Below, one piece after another: positions 1 through 9,451 of a DNA stretch of 64,000 bases (its first letter is position 1; each line of letters starts with the position of its first letter). Source of the DNA: Planctomycetota bacterium (GTDB lineage Bacteria > Planctomycetota > GCA-002687715 > CAIWVZ01); contig JBGANV010000001.1 in the NCBI GenBank assembly GCA_044222185.1, positions 480,001-544,000 on the forward strand, given 5' to 3'. The translations under genes and the position numbers were made by a program. The notes under the pieces are model-generated. The model was not told the origin of the DNA. It searched no databases and saw only the letters and a program-made list of their open reading frames with translations.

Positions 1-293
1 TTCTCGGCAGTCGCGAGTTCGACGCGTCGATCGAGGTACCTCTCGATCTTCTCGAGCAGCGCCGGGCTGCGGAGCATCTCCAGCAGGGGAGGCGTGAGCC
101 CGATCGTGATCCGCGTCCGCACGCGATCCTGCGCGAGGTCTTCCAATATGAAGAGGAGCGGCAGGTAGCACTCGATCACGGCCTCGAAGAGCCAGTGCTC
201 CTCGAGGAAGTCCTCGTGCTCGGGATGATGGACGTAGGGGAGGTGCCCGTGCAATGCGACGCAGCAATCCCCGAGTTCGTCGCGTCCGCTCAT
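1..293 (-). CDS. GH57-family 1,4-alpha-glucan branching enzyme (DUF1957-type), N-terminal part; runs off the window
   Basis: Manual translation from ATG at 293: MSGRDELGDCCVALHGHLPYVHHPEHEDFLEEHWLFEAVIECYLPLL. The HxHLPYV...EEWLFEA..E.YLPL motif is typical of GH57 branching enzymes. ATGA overlap with the glgA stop. Confidence 0.9.
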   Translation of the reverse strand, partial: MSGRDELGDCCVALHGHLPYVHHPEHEDFLEEHWLFEAVIECYLPLLFILEDLAQDRVRTRITIGLTPPLLEMLRSPALLEKIERYLDRRVELATAE

Positions 294-2191
294 GCTCTCT
301 CCGGGTGGACGTCGGGCGGCATGGTGACGGGGCCGGCCGTGAGGATCTGGCGGGGCGGGTCGTCGGGGATCTCGATCAGGAGCTCTGCCTCGTAGGTCGC
401 GCCGGGCGATACGGTGACGAACCAGTTGTGCGCAATGCCGCCGAGCGGCGTGTCGATGACCGCGCGGGTGTGGTGATCCACGATGCGCAGGGTGTACCGG
501 ATCCCGTCCTTTCGCGCGGGCGCAATCGCACTGAGCCGATCGATGGCCTGTGGTCCACCGAGTTCCCACGCGCAGAACAACGTCCACGGATCGCGGGCAA
601 TCGCGACCATGACGTCGCGAGGATAGTGATCGGGGACGGCGGCGAGGGGAGGCAGGATCGCGACCGTCGGCTCGACGATCTCGGGCTCGAGGAGGTCCGC
701 GAGATGTTCGCTGCCGCCGCGGCGGCGCTCGATCGCTTCTTCGAACAGCTCCAGGTACTCGGCGGCGCTCTTGCCCCACGAGAGGTCCGTCGTCATGCCG
801 GCGCGCTGGACGGACCGGTAGTCGTCGCGTTTTTCGAAGAGCTTCAGCGCACGCTCGACCGCCTTTGCGAGCGCCTCAGCGGCGTCCTCGTCGAACTGGA
901 AGCCCGTCGCCGTTCCCGCCGCGATCGACGCATCCGTCGCATCGACGACCGTGTCGGCGAGGCCGCCGGTTCGCCGAACGATCGGCGGTGTTCCGTACCG
1001 CATCGAGATCAGTTGATTCAGACCGCAGGGCTCGAAACGCGACGGCATGAGGAAGAAGTCGGCACCCGCTTCGATCCTGTGGGAGAACGGTTCGTCGAAT
1101 CCCGCCTTGGCGAACGCTCGTCGCGGGAAGCGCCTGGCGATCCGCGCGAACGACTGTTCGAGTGACTTGTCGCCGGACCCGAGGGCGACGAAGCGTACTT
1201 TCGGTTCTCGCGCCAAGACCGCTTCGATGACGGAAGGGACGAGGTCGAGCCCTTTCTGATCGGTGTACCTGGACACGACGCCGAAGACCGGACCATCCGT
1301 CGGATCGAGCTTGCACTCTTTCAGGAGCGCCGACTTGTCGAGCGCCTTCTCTTCGATGGAGTCTTCGTCGTACGTGGCTTTCAGGGCTTTGTCCGTCGAC
1401 GGATTCCACACGTCCGTGTCGAGTCCATTGACGATCCCTCGCAGGATCGGCTCGCGCCAACGGAGCAGCCCGTCGAGGCCGTTCCCGAGCGCCTCACCGA
1501 GGATCTCGCGCGCATACGTGCGGGAGACCGTCGTGAGGGCGTCCGCGTAACGCAGACCGCTCGCGAGGAGGTTGCCCTGGCCCTTCTCCAGCATGCGTCC
1601 CTCCTCCAGAAGGAACGCAGGCACGCCAGCCTCCAGCAGATCACTGCGCGGGAAGACTCCCTGGTAGGCGAGGTTGTGAATCGTCAACACGGTCGCCGCG
1701 CGATCCAACTCCGCGTCGTGAGTCCACGAGTGTCGCAGGAGCGGCGCGACGGCGCCCGTCTGCCAATCGTTGAGGTGGAAGACGTCTGGGAAGAACCCCG
1801 TGGCGCGCGGCAGCCGGATCGCCGCTTCGCAGAAGTAGAGGAAGCGCAGGTGGCCGTCGCCGTAGGAGCCCGGGTCCTGACCGTAGATGTCGTCGTCGAC
1901 CTCGAACACGCCCTCGTTCTGGACGAAGTAGATGGGCACCTGTTCGGGGCCGGGGAGCACTCCCTTCAGCAACCGATACGGTCGTTCCTCGCCGGCAAAT
2001 CGGCACGGGACGGATTCGCTGACGACCGTAACGGCGTCGTTGCGCTTCTTGACCTTTCGGTAATAGGGCAGGACGACGGCCGTCTCCGCGCCGAGTTTGG
2101 CGAGCGCGCGCGGCAGGGCGCCCGCGACGTCTCCCAGTCCGCCGGTCTTGGCGAATGGAAAGACCTCGGACGAGAGCATCAGGACCTTCAC
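290..2191 (-). CDS. glgA: Glycogen synthase (GT5) with a fused C-terminal DUF4912-like domain
   Basis: KTGGLGDV ADP-glucose motif, HLNDWQT, TIHNLAYQG, MPSRFEPCGLNQL, RRTGGLADTV. About 140 extra C-terminal residues containing Y...ARDPWTLFCAWE. Confidence 0.95.
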   Translation of the reverse strand: MKVLMLSSEVFPFAKTGGLGDVAGALPRALAKLGAETAVVLPYYRKVKKRNDAVTVVSESVPCRFAGEERPYRLLKGVLPGPEQVPIYFVQNEGVFEVDDDIYGQDPGSYGDGHLRFLYFCEAAIRLPRATGFFPDVFHLNDWQTGAVAPLLRHSWTHDAELDRAATVLTIHNLAYQGVFPRSDLLEAGVPAFLLEEGRMLEKGQGNLLASGLRYADALTTVSRTYAREILGEALGNGLDGLLRWREPILRGIVNGLDTDVWNPSTDKALKATYDEDSIEEKALDKSALLKECKLDPTDGPVFGVVSRYTDQKGLDLVPSVIEAVLAREPKVRFVALGSGDKSLEQSFARIARRFPRRAFAKAGFDEPFSHRIEAGADFFLMPSRFEPCGLNQLISMRYGTPPIVRRTGGLADTVVDATDASIAAGTATGFQFDEDAAEALAKAVERALKLFEKRDDYRSVQRAGMTTDLSWGKSAAEYLELFEEAIERRRGGSEHLADLLEPEIVEPTVAILPPLAAVPDHYPRDVMVAIARDPWTLFCAWELGGPQAIDRLSAIAPARKDGIRYTLRIVDHHTRAVIDTPLGGIAHNWFVTVSPGATYEAELLIEIPDDPPRQILTAGPVTMPPDVHPERA

Positions 2192-2198
2192 GGGCGGA

Positions 2199-2226
2199 AG
2201 TCTAAGCTCCGGCGTTCGAGAAGCAA
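2199..2226 (-). promoter_or_regulatory. Putative sigma70 promoter of glgA (leaderless-type)
   Basis: Minus strand TTGCTT-N16-TAGACT-N7-GTG start; no Shine-Dalgarno. Confidence 0.5.
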
Positions 2227-2323
2227 CGCGAATGGACGGGGCCGTGCAGTGCGGTCCGTCGGTTTTCGGTTCGCACGTCTACGCGCATCGGGCACGGCTG
2301 AGTCACGCTCGCGCCGTGGAGGT

Positions 2324-2352
2324 TTGCCCGTCCCGACCGGTGTGATTACGAT
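2324..2352 (+). promoter_or_regulatory. Putative sigma70 promoter of the ATP-grasp/GCS2 pair
   Basis: TTGCCC-N17-TACGAT; supports a start at ATG 2387. Confidence 0.4.
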
Positions 2353-2386
2353 GCGCGCCGCCCTCGGCCGGCCGGGCGTGCCCCCC

Positions 2387-3718
2387 ATGGATCCCCTTCG
2401 TCTCTACCAGGACCTCTTGTCCAGTGAGCGGCCTCGTTGGCTCGGCACCATCGACGGGCTCCGCGAGCGCCTGCGGTCCGTGAGGGCCCAGTACGGCGGT
2501 CGCGACCTGGTGCGCGTCTTCCGGCCGAAATTCGTGACGACGCAGGACCTCGCGCTCATCGACTATGTGTCGGGCGTCATCCTCGGGGCGTCCCGGCGGC
2601 TCGCGCAGATGATCCTCGTCGATCCGAAGCTGCAGGCCTTCTTCGGGCTGTCGGAGGGCGAGCTTCGCCTCGTCGCGCCCGAACCGCTCGTGCCCGATCC
2701 GTGTGCATTCACGCGCCTCGATTCGTTCCTCACACGCGAAGGCCCGCGCTTCGTCGAACTGAACGGGGAAGCCCCTGCCGGCGTCGGCTACGGCGACGTC
2801 ATCGCCGAGTCCTTCCTCGAGCATCCGCTCGTCCGGGAGTTCCAGAGGAGGACGGGCGCATTTGCGGTTTCGACACGGGAGGCCTTGCTGCGCTTCCTGC
2901 TGATGGCGTGGCGGATCGCGGGGCGAACGTCCAAGCCGTCCTTCCTCATCACGGACTACCTCGACGTCTCGACCGTCAACGAGTTCCACATCGTCTGCGA
3001 CTACATCCGCGCACGCGGTTTCGATTGCGTCGTGGAAGACCCGCGGAAGCTCGAGTACCGGGACGGAAAACTCTGGGCGCAAGGCCGCGCCTGCGACTTC
3101 GTCTACCGGCGCGTGCTCGTGAACGAGTTCCTCGATCGTGAGGACCAGCTCGCGGCGCTCTGGTCGGCCTATCGCGACCGAGCCGTCGTCATGGTGAACC
3201 CGTTCCGCTCAAAGCTCGTTCACAAGAAGATCACGTTCGCCCTTCTCACGGGTGACGGCGCCACCGACTGGCTCACGGCGGAGGAGCGCGCGGTGATCGG
3301 CCAGCACGTCCCCTGGACGCGCAAGGTCCGTGAAACCAAGACCGAGTACGGTGGGCGGACCGTCGACCTCGTGCCGTTCGTGCTCGCCAATCGCGATCGC
3401 TTCGTCCTGAAGCCCAGCGACGAATACGGGGGGCGCGGAGTCACGCTCGGGTGGCTCGTCGATCAGTCGACGTTCGAGGCCACGATGAAGGATGCGTTGA
3501 AGGCTCACTGGGTGGTCCAGGAACGCATCGACCCCGTCGAGGAGCCGTTCCCGCACTTCGATCACAATCTCGAGGACGTCCCCATGGTGGTGGACCTCGA
3601 TCCCTACGTCTATTTCGGTCGCGTCCACGGAGTCCTCGCGCGGCTCTCCGCTGGCGCGATCAGCAACGTCACGTCCGGTGGTGGTCAGGTCCCCGTGCTC
3701 TTCGTTCCAAGCTGGTGA
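2387..3718 (+). CDS. Circularly permuted ATP-grasp ligase (CP_ATPgrasp type 2; glutathionylspermidine-synthase-like fold)
   Basis: RLDSF, FVELNGEAPAG, VYRR, NPFRSKLVHKK, VLKPSDEYGGRGV, WVVQE, NVTSGGG. The upstream part of ORF 1676..3718 is antisense to glgA and was excluded. Confidence 0.85.
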   Translation: MDPLRLYQDLLSSERPRWLGTIDGLRERLRSVRAQYGGRDLVRVFRPKFVTTQDLALIDYVSGVILGASRRLAQMILVDPKLQAFFGLSEGELRLVAPEPLVPDPCAFTRLDSFLTREGPRFVELNGEAPAGVGYGDVIAESFLEHPLVREFQRRTGAFAVSTREALLRFLLMAWRIAGRTSKPSFLITDYLDVSTVNEFHIVCDYIRARGFDCVVEDPRKLEYRDGKLWAQGRACDFVYRRVLVNEFLDREDQLAALWSAYRDRAVVMVNPFRSKLVHKKITFALLTGDGATDWLTAEERAVIGQHVPWTRKVRETKTEYGGRTVDLVPFVLANRDRFVLKPSDEYGGRGVTLGWLVDQSTFEATMKDALKAHWVVQERIDPVEEPFPHFDHNLEDVPMVVDLDPYVYFGRVHGVLARLSAGAISNVTSGGGQVPVLFVPSW

Positions 3719-3754
3719 CCTGACGCGAAGCCCGAGTGCCAAGGATCGGAAAAC

Positions 3755-4888
3755 ATGAGCCTATACGGTGGTACGAGGTCGACCGGCATCGAGATCCCGA
3801 CGCTCGGAGTCGAGGAGGAATACCAGGTCGTCAACGCGGCGAGCCGTGAGCTCGAGTCCGACACGAGCAAACTTCTGGCCGAGGGTGCGGCGCTCTACGG
3901 CGCACACATCCGACCCGAGTTCCACAGCCCGGTCGTCGAAGTCGTCACCGGCGTCTGCAACAACGCGAAGGAAGTGAACGAGCAGCTCACCGAGTTGCGG
4001 CGGACCATGGTCGCGCTCGCGAAGAAGCAGAGTCTCCTCATCGTTTCGGCGTCGACGCACCCGATCACCCACTGGCGCGACGTTTCCTACACGCACAGCG
4101 AGCGCTACCTGCAGATCACGCACGACCTGGGGGACGTCGTCCGGTCCAACCTGATCTACGGCATGCACTGTCACGTGGGCATCCGCGACCAGGAAGCACG
4201 GATCCACGTGATGAATGCGGCGCGGCTCTTCATCCCGCACCTCGTCGCGCTCTCCGTCTCCTCGCCGTTCTGGCAGGGGCGTGACACGGGGCTGAACAGC
4301 TCGCGTACGGCGATCTTCCGTCGCTTCCCGCGCACGGGGATGCCCGACTACTTCAACAACTGGGGCGAGTTCGAGCAGTACGTCAACCTGCTGATCGAGA
4401 CGAAGTCGATCGACAACGCCAAGCGCATCTACTGGGATCTGCGGCCCCACCCGTTCTACCCGACGATCGAATTCCGTGCGTGCGACCTACCGACGCGCGT
4501 CCGAGAGACCGTCGGGATCGTGGCGTTGATCCACTGCATCTCGACCCGGCTGCTCAATCTGTACCGCAACAACATGGGGTACCGGCTGTATCGCCGCGCG
4601 TTCATCAACGAGAACATGTACCGGGCTTATCGATACGGGATCAACGGCGAGTTCATCGACTTCCTGAACCGCAAGACGGTGTCGATCCGCGACTCGATCC
4701 GCGAACTCATCGACTCGCTCTCGGACGAGATCCGGCTGTTGAACTGCGAGTCGGAGATCGCGGAGGTGTTCCGCATCCTCGAGCACGGAACGTCGGCGGA
4801 TCGCCAGCGCCGCGTCTTTGCCGAGACGTCCTCGTTGCAGGCCGTCGTCGATCACCTCGCGCGGGAGACGGCCGAAGGTCTGTTCTGA
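3755..4888 (+). CDS. Carboxylate-amine ligase, YbdK/GCS2 (glutamate-cysteine ligase 2) family
   Basis: TLGVEEEYQ, GMHCHVG, SSPFWQG.DTG..SSR, WDLRPHP.YPTIEFRACD, EN.YRA.RYG. Confidence 0.93.
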   Translation: MSLYGGTRSTGIEIPTLGVEEEYQVVNAASRELESDTSKLLAEGAALYGAHIRPEFHSPVVEVVTGVCNNAKEVNEQLTELRRTMVALAKKQSLLIVSASTHPITHWRDVSYTHSERYLQITHDLGDVVRSNLIYGMHCHVGIRDQEARIHVMNAARLFIPHLVALSVSSPFWQGRDTGLNSSRTAIFRRFPRTGMPDYFNNWGEFEQYVNLLIETKSIDNAKRIYWDLRPHPFYPTIEFRACDLPTRVRETVGIVALIHCISTRLLNLYRNNMGYRLYRRAFINENMYRAYRYGINGEFIDFLNRKTVSIRDSIRELIDSLSDEIRLLNCESEIAEVFRILEHGTSADRQRRVFAETSSLQAVVDHLARETAEGLF

Positions 4889-4892
4889 GAGA

Positions 4893-4932
4893 CAGGGCGC
4901 GCGTCCATGCGGGACCGCGCCCGGACGCCCTG
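4893..4932. terminator. GC-rich hairpin between convergent GCS2 and glgC genes
   Basis: GGGCGCG...CGCGCCC and CAGGGCG...CGCCCTG inverted repeats; no U-tract. Confidence 0.35.
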
Positions 4933-4937
4933 CCCGC

Positions 4938-6188
4938 TCAGATGCTGATCTGAGCCAGGTCGCCTTCGTAACGGGGCTGCTTGGGGATCACGACGATCCC
5001 GCTCTCGCTCACGAAGAAGTTCTGCTTGTCGACGGCGTTGTCGAGCCCGATGCGGGCGCCGTCCGGGATCTTCACGTTCTTGTCGATGATCGCGCGGTGG
5101 ACGCGGGCGTTCCTGCCGATCTCGACGTTGTCGAAGATGATCGAGTCGGTGATCTCGGCGAACGAGTGGATCTTGACGTTGCGACCGACCACGCAGTTGC
5201 GGACGGTGCAACCCGACAGGATCGAACCCTCGCTCACCATGGAATTGATGGCGCGTCCGGTGCGGTTCTCGGCATCGTGAACGAACTTGGCCGGCGGATC
5301 GTCGAAGCGGGCCGTGCGGATCGGCCACTGCCGGTTGTACATGTTGAAAGCCGGCACGATGTCGCGCAGGTCCATCGTCGCATCGTAGTAGGACTCGAGC
5401 GTTCCGACGTCGCGCCAATACGTGTTCGGGCCCTTCTCGCCGGGCACCTTGTTGGTCGTGAAGTCGTAGCAGTAGACCCGCTTGTCGCCGATCATGTTCG
5501 GCAGGATGTCCTTGCCGAAATCGTGAGAGCTGGCCGGATTCGCCGCGTCCAGCTCCAAGGCGTTGATGAGCGTTCGGCAGTCGAAGATGTAGTTGCCCAT
5601 CGATGCGAGCGCACGCGTCGGATCTCCGGGGATGGGCGTCGGGTTCGCGGGCTTCTCCTGGAATCCCAGGATCCGTCCGTCGTCGTCGATCTGCACCACT
5701 CCGAACTGGTGTGCCTTCTCGATCTCGACCGTGATGCCAGCGACGGTGCAGTCGGCTTCCATCTTCTCGTGGAAGGCGATCATCTGTCCGATGTCCATCC
5801 GGTAGACGTGATCACCTCCGAAGATGCACACGAGATGCGGGCGAGACTCGCGGATGAGGTTCAGGTTCTGATAGATCGCATCCGCGGTTCCCGAGTACCA
5901 CGCGCCGCCCGTGCGCATCTGCGCCGGGACCGGGATGATGAAGTGCTCCTTCAGCACCGAGGTGAATGCCCACGCGTACTGGAGGTGCTCCGTGAGGCTC
6001 TGCGATAGGAACTGCGTCAACACGTAGATCGAGTAGATCCCCGAGTTGATGAAGTTCGAGAGCACGAAGTCGATGATGCGGTACTTGCCTCCGAAGGGGA
6101 CGGCCGGCTTCGCACGATCGCGGGTGAGCGGGTGGAGCCGGGTGCCCTTGCCTCCGGCCATGATCATTCCCAAGACGCGGACTTGCAT
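4938..6188 (-). CDS. glgC: Glucose-1-phosphate adenylyltransferase
   Basis: MAGGKGTRL.PLT..RAKPAVPFGGKYRIIDF, GTADA, EKP, ASMGNYIF, DFGKD, YWRDVGT, C-terminal left-handed beta-helix. Confidence 0.97.
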   Translation of the reverse strand: MQVRVLGMIMAGGKGTRLHPLTRDRAKPAVPFGGKYRIIDFVLSNFINSGIYSIYVLTQFLSQSLTEHLQYAWAFTSVLKEHFIIPVPAQMRTGGAWYSGTADAIYQNLNLIRESRPHLVCIFGGDHVYRMDIGQMIAFHEKMEADCTVAGITVEIEKAHQFGVVQIDDDGRILGFQEKPANPTPIPGDPTRALASMGNYIFDCRTLINALELDAANPASSHDFGKDILPNMIGDKRVYCYDFTTNKVPGEKGPNTYWRDVGTLESYYDATMDLRDIVPAFNMYNRQWPIRTARFDDPPAKFVHDAENRTGRAINSMVSEGSILSGCTVRNCVVGRNVKIHSFAEITDSIIFDNVEIGRNARVHRAIIDKNVKIPDGARIGLDNAVDKQNFFVSESGIVVIPKQPRYEGDLAQISI

Positions 6189-6294
6189 GGGGGGCGATGA
6201 TACAGACAAGCCTGGGCGACCGCACGCAATCGGCCCGCCGGGTCGACAGGCGCGGAATGATCCGTAGGATGGCGCCGCGATCATGGAGGTCACG

Positions 6295-7572
6295 ATGCGA
6301 GCTCGTTTCACCAATCATTTCGTGCCGGGATTCCTGGCCCTCGCGTTCGGGTGCGTGATGTTCGGTCAGGCACCGTCTGGCGCCGGCGCTTCTCCCTGGA
6401 AAACGCTCTTCGACGGCAAGACGACCTCAGGATGGCGTGGCTTCAAGTCGGACAAGTTCCCGGCGAAGGGCTGGGTCGTCGAGGATGGCTCGTTGCACGT
6501 TCAGAAGGGCGGGGGCGGCGGCGACATCATCACCGCGGACGAGTTCGCGGAATTCGACTTGCGCTTCGAGTGGAAGGTCTCGCCCGGCGCCAACAGCGGC
6601 GTGATGTACCGCGTCACCGAAGAGGGCGGTGCGACGTGGCAATCGGGTCCCGAGTACCAGGTGTTGGACGACGACAAGCACAACGACGGCAAGATCGCGT
6701 CGACGTCCGCCGCTTCGCTGTATGCACTGGTGTCACCGGAGAAGAAGTCGCTGAAGCCCGTGGGCGAGTTCAACGAGGGGCGGATCGTCATCTACAAGAA
6801 CGTCATCGAGCACTGGCTCAATGGGGTCCGCGTGCTGACGGCGAAGCTGGGCAGCGACGAGTTCAATCAGTCGATCTCGAAGAGCAAGTTCGGACCCATG
6901 CCGCTCTTCGCCAAGGCAGCGAAGGGACACGTCGCGCTTCAGGATCACGGGGACGACGTCTGGTACCGCAACATCCGCATCCGCGAGTTGCACTCCGACA
7001 AGGAAGTGGCCCTCTTCAACGGAAAGGACTTGACCGGTTGGACGTTCTTCCTGAACGACAACGGGAAGATGGAGGACGTTTGGAGCGTCGGCACCGATGG
7101 CGTTCTCGTGTGCAAGGGACAACCCATCGGTTACATCCGCACCAAGGACGACCACACCAACTTCATCCTGCGTGTTGACTGGCGGTTCAGTCCCGTGACG
7201 AAGAAGGCCGGGAACAGCGGCGTCCTGCTGCGGCAGATCGGAGCGGACAAGGTCTGGCCCAAGAGCGTGGAGGCCCAGCTCCAATCGGAGCAGGCGGGTG
7301 ATTTCTGGAACATCGACGACTTCACGATGTCGGTGGACAAGGCCCGGACGAACGGCCGGAACACGCGCCGCCTGACGACGAACGAACGCCCCATCGGCGA
7401 GTGGAACACCTACGAGATCGAGGTCGACGGCGGAGACGTCGAACTGCGCGTCAACGGCATGGTGCTCAACCGCGCCTGGGACGTTCAGGAGGTGCCGGGC
7501 AAGATCTGCCTGCAGTCGGAGGGCGCGGAGATCCACTTCAAGGACATCCGCATCCTCGAGATCGGCAAATAG
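6295..7572 (+). CDS. Secreted tandem DUF1080 (3-keto-disaccharide hydrolase-like) protein
   Basis: Signal peptide; two LF[DN]GK..GW / NSGV / LQ[DS] repeats. GGAGG upstream of ATG 6295 (alternative start 6283). Confidence 0.88.
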   Translation: MRARFTNHFVPGFLALAFGCVMFGQAPSGAGASPWKTLFDGKTTSGWRGFKSDKFPAKGWVVEDGSLHVQKGGGGGDIITADEFAEFDLRFEWKVSPGANSGVMYRVTEEGGATWQSGPEYQVLDDDKHNDGKIASTSAASLYALVSPEKKSLKPVGEFNEGRIVIYKNVIEHWLNGVRVLTAKLGSDEFNQSISKSKFGPMPLFAKAAKGHVALQDHGDDVWYRNIRIRELHSDKEVALFNGKDLTGWTFFLNDNGKMEDVWSVGTDGVLVCKGQPIGYIRTKDDHTNFILRVDWRFSPVTKKAGNSGVLLRQIGADKVWPKSVEAQLQSEQAGDFWNIDDFTMSVDKARTNGRNTRRLTTNERPIGEWNTYEIEVDGGDVELRVNGMVLNRAWDVQEVPGKICLQSEGAEIHFKDIRILEIGK

Positions 7573-7587
7573 GTCGCGGGGGACGGT

Positions 7588-9093
7588 TCAGCGGGGCGGC
7601 GTGACGACGACCACGCCTCTCGTCGTTCGACACAACAACGACGGCCTTCCGACCGCGAGCGTCCAGGGGCGGTAGTCGAGGAGCGGTTGCCCGACGGTCG
7701 CCCGGACCATCCCGTCTTCGATGAATGCGAGTTTGCCATCCGCGACGCGCCCCGCGCGGATGCGAACCTCCGCGGACGTCGTCACGTTCGAGATCTCGAC
7801 GATGTCGGCGACGCCGTCGCCGTTCCAATCGTCTCCGATCACGAGGCGGTGACGCAGCCACCAGTTCTCGAACAGATCCGTCGCGACCTGGTCGACGATC
7901 GTGACGTCGGGCGTTCTGGAGAATGGTGCGGCGGCGCCCGTCCCGCGATAGACGTGGTATTGCAGCGTCGCCTTGCCGGTCAAGCGCCGCGCGACTTGCT
8001 GCTGGAGGTCCTGGCCGAACACGGAAACCACGAGGTCGGGGCGGCGATCACCGTCCAGGTCCGCCACGTCCGGGCCTGACGAGATCACACCGGGGAGAAT
8101 GATGGCCTGGAGAAGCTTCGGGGCCTTCGTCGGCTCGGCCCCCGCGACGGAGTAGAAGAGCAGTTCCGTGCGCAGGTCAGCCAGTGCCTGGGCCCGGGCC
8201 CGCGTGCGGACGAGGACGAGCACGCGGTCGCCCGCATCGCCCACGTCGACGAGCCGTGCCTCGACGCGTTCCAGCAGGTTGGCCGCCGCGGCGTCGGGGT
8301 CGGGGATCTGGACGATGACGTCCGCCTGCGGACCGAACCCATTGGTGAAGTCACCGCGGAGCGCGCTCAGCCGCCCCTCGCGGAACCAAAGTGGCCTGAA
8401 CGGGCCCTCCCGTGTGATCCGGTCGAACGACGGCTGCGCGAACGTGATCTCCGACGAGAGGAGTCCCGACCGTCCCGACGACACCACGTGATCTCGGGGC
8501 GTACGGGCCTCGACCTGGCGTCCGCTTCCGCTCAGGGAGATGGTCGATCCGTTGCGCGTGGGAACGACGACGTCTCCGAGCCCGTCGCCGTCGAGATCGG
8601 TGGCGTACCCTAGGAACGCGGGCGCCCGGCGGTGTCGATCCGTCGAGGGACCCGGTCGGGTTCGTGTGAAGTCCGACGATCCCAGCGCCGTCGACGTCGA
8701 CTCGCCGACGAGGAGGACGGATGACGCCAGACCCGGCCCACGACGCGCGATCACGATGCAATCGGTGTCCGAGGGAGCCGTCGCCCACACCGGCACACTG
8801 AATCCGCCACGGGGGTCGCCGCGGCTGAACGCCACCGCATCCGGGCTTCCGACACCGATGGCAAGGAGGTCATTGGTGCCGTCGCCGTCGAGGTCGGTCA
8901 CGGCCACGTGCGTGGGCTCGCCGCCGAGATCGATCGCCGCCACCGCGAGCGTTCCCTGGGAGGATTCCTGCGTCATGCAGCACGACGCTACGCACGCCAT
9001 GAGGAGCACGGTGGCGGCGCCCGGTCGGCCTGGACGACGAGCCCGCCTCGCGGCACGGCGTGAGTCCTGCGTGAGAGTCGTCGTTTCGTCCAT
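7588..9093 (-). CDS. FG-GAP/VCBS-repeat exported protein
   Basis: Hydrophobic N-terminus with Cys; repeats DLDGDGTNDL, DLDGDGLGDV, DLDGDRRPDL, DWNGDGVADI. Start uncertain. Confidence 0.72.
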   Translation of the reverse strand: MDETTTLTQDSRRAARRARRPGRPGAATVLLMACVASCCMTQESSQGTLAVAAIDLGGEPTHVAVTDLDGDGTNDLLAIGVGSPDAVAFSRGDPRGGFSVPVWATAPSDTDCIVIARRGPGLASSVLLVGESTSTALGSSDFTRTRPGPSTDRHRRAPAFLGYATDLDGDGLGDVVVPTRNGSTISLSGSGRQVEARTPRDHVVSSGRSGLLSSEITFAQPSFDRITREGPFRPLWFREGRLSALRGDFTNGFGPQADVIVQIPDPDAAAANLLERVEARLVDVGDAGDRVLVLVRTRARAQALADLRTELLFYSVAGAEPTKAPKLLQAIILPGVISSGPDVADLDGDRRPDLVVSVFGQDLQQQVARRLTGKATLQYHVYRGTGAAAPFSRTPDVTIVDQVATDLFENWWLRHRLVIGDDWNGDGVADIVEISNVTTSAEVRIRAGRVADGKLAFIEDGMVRATVGQPLLDYRPWTLAVGRPSLLCRTTRGVVVVTPPR

Positions 9094-9451
9094 CCGCGCC
9101 GGCGTGTCGTCTCGAGAGCACTCTGGTCTTGCCGTCGCGGCCAGCGGCCGGTTCGGCATCCGGGTCCGGAGGGGCCGTGGGATGACGAGCCCTGCGGACG
9201 TCGCGATGTCTTCGTCCCGTCGCCCATGCGGGTCGCACGGGTCCGGGCGGCCGCACTCTACCCGGCCTCTGTCCTCGACACCGTGCTTCCCGCCGAGTGA
9301 GTCGCTCGGACGACGAGCGAAACAGCCGCGCTGGCGCCGCGCCGCCGAGCCGTCCGCCAGGACGTGCGCGACCCCGGCGGCGTCGAATGCCGCCCAGCGG
9401 CGCGACCATGGACCTCGTTTCGACGCCGCCGTGTTCACCGTAGATTCACCG

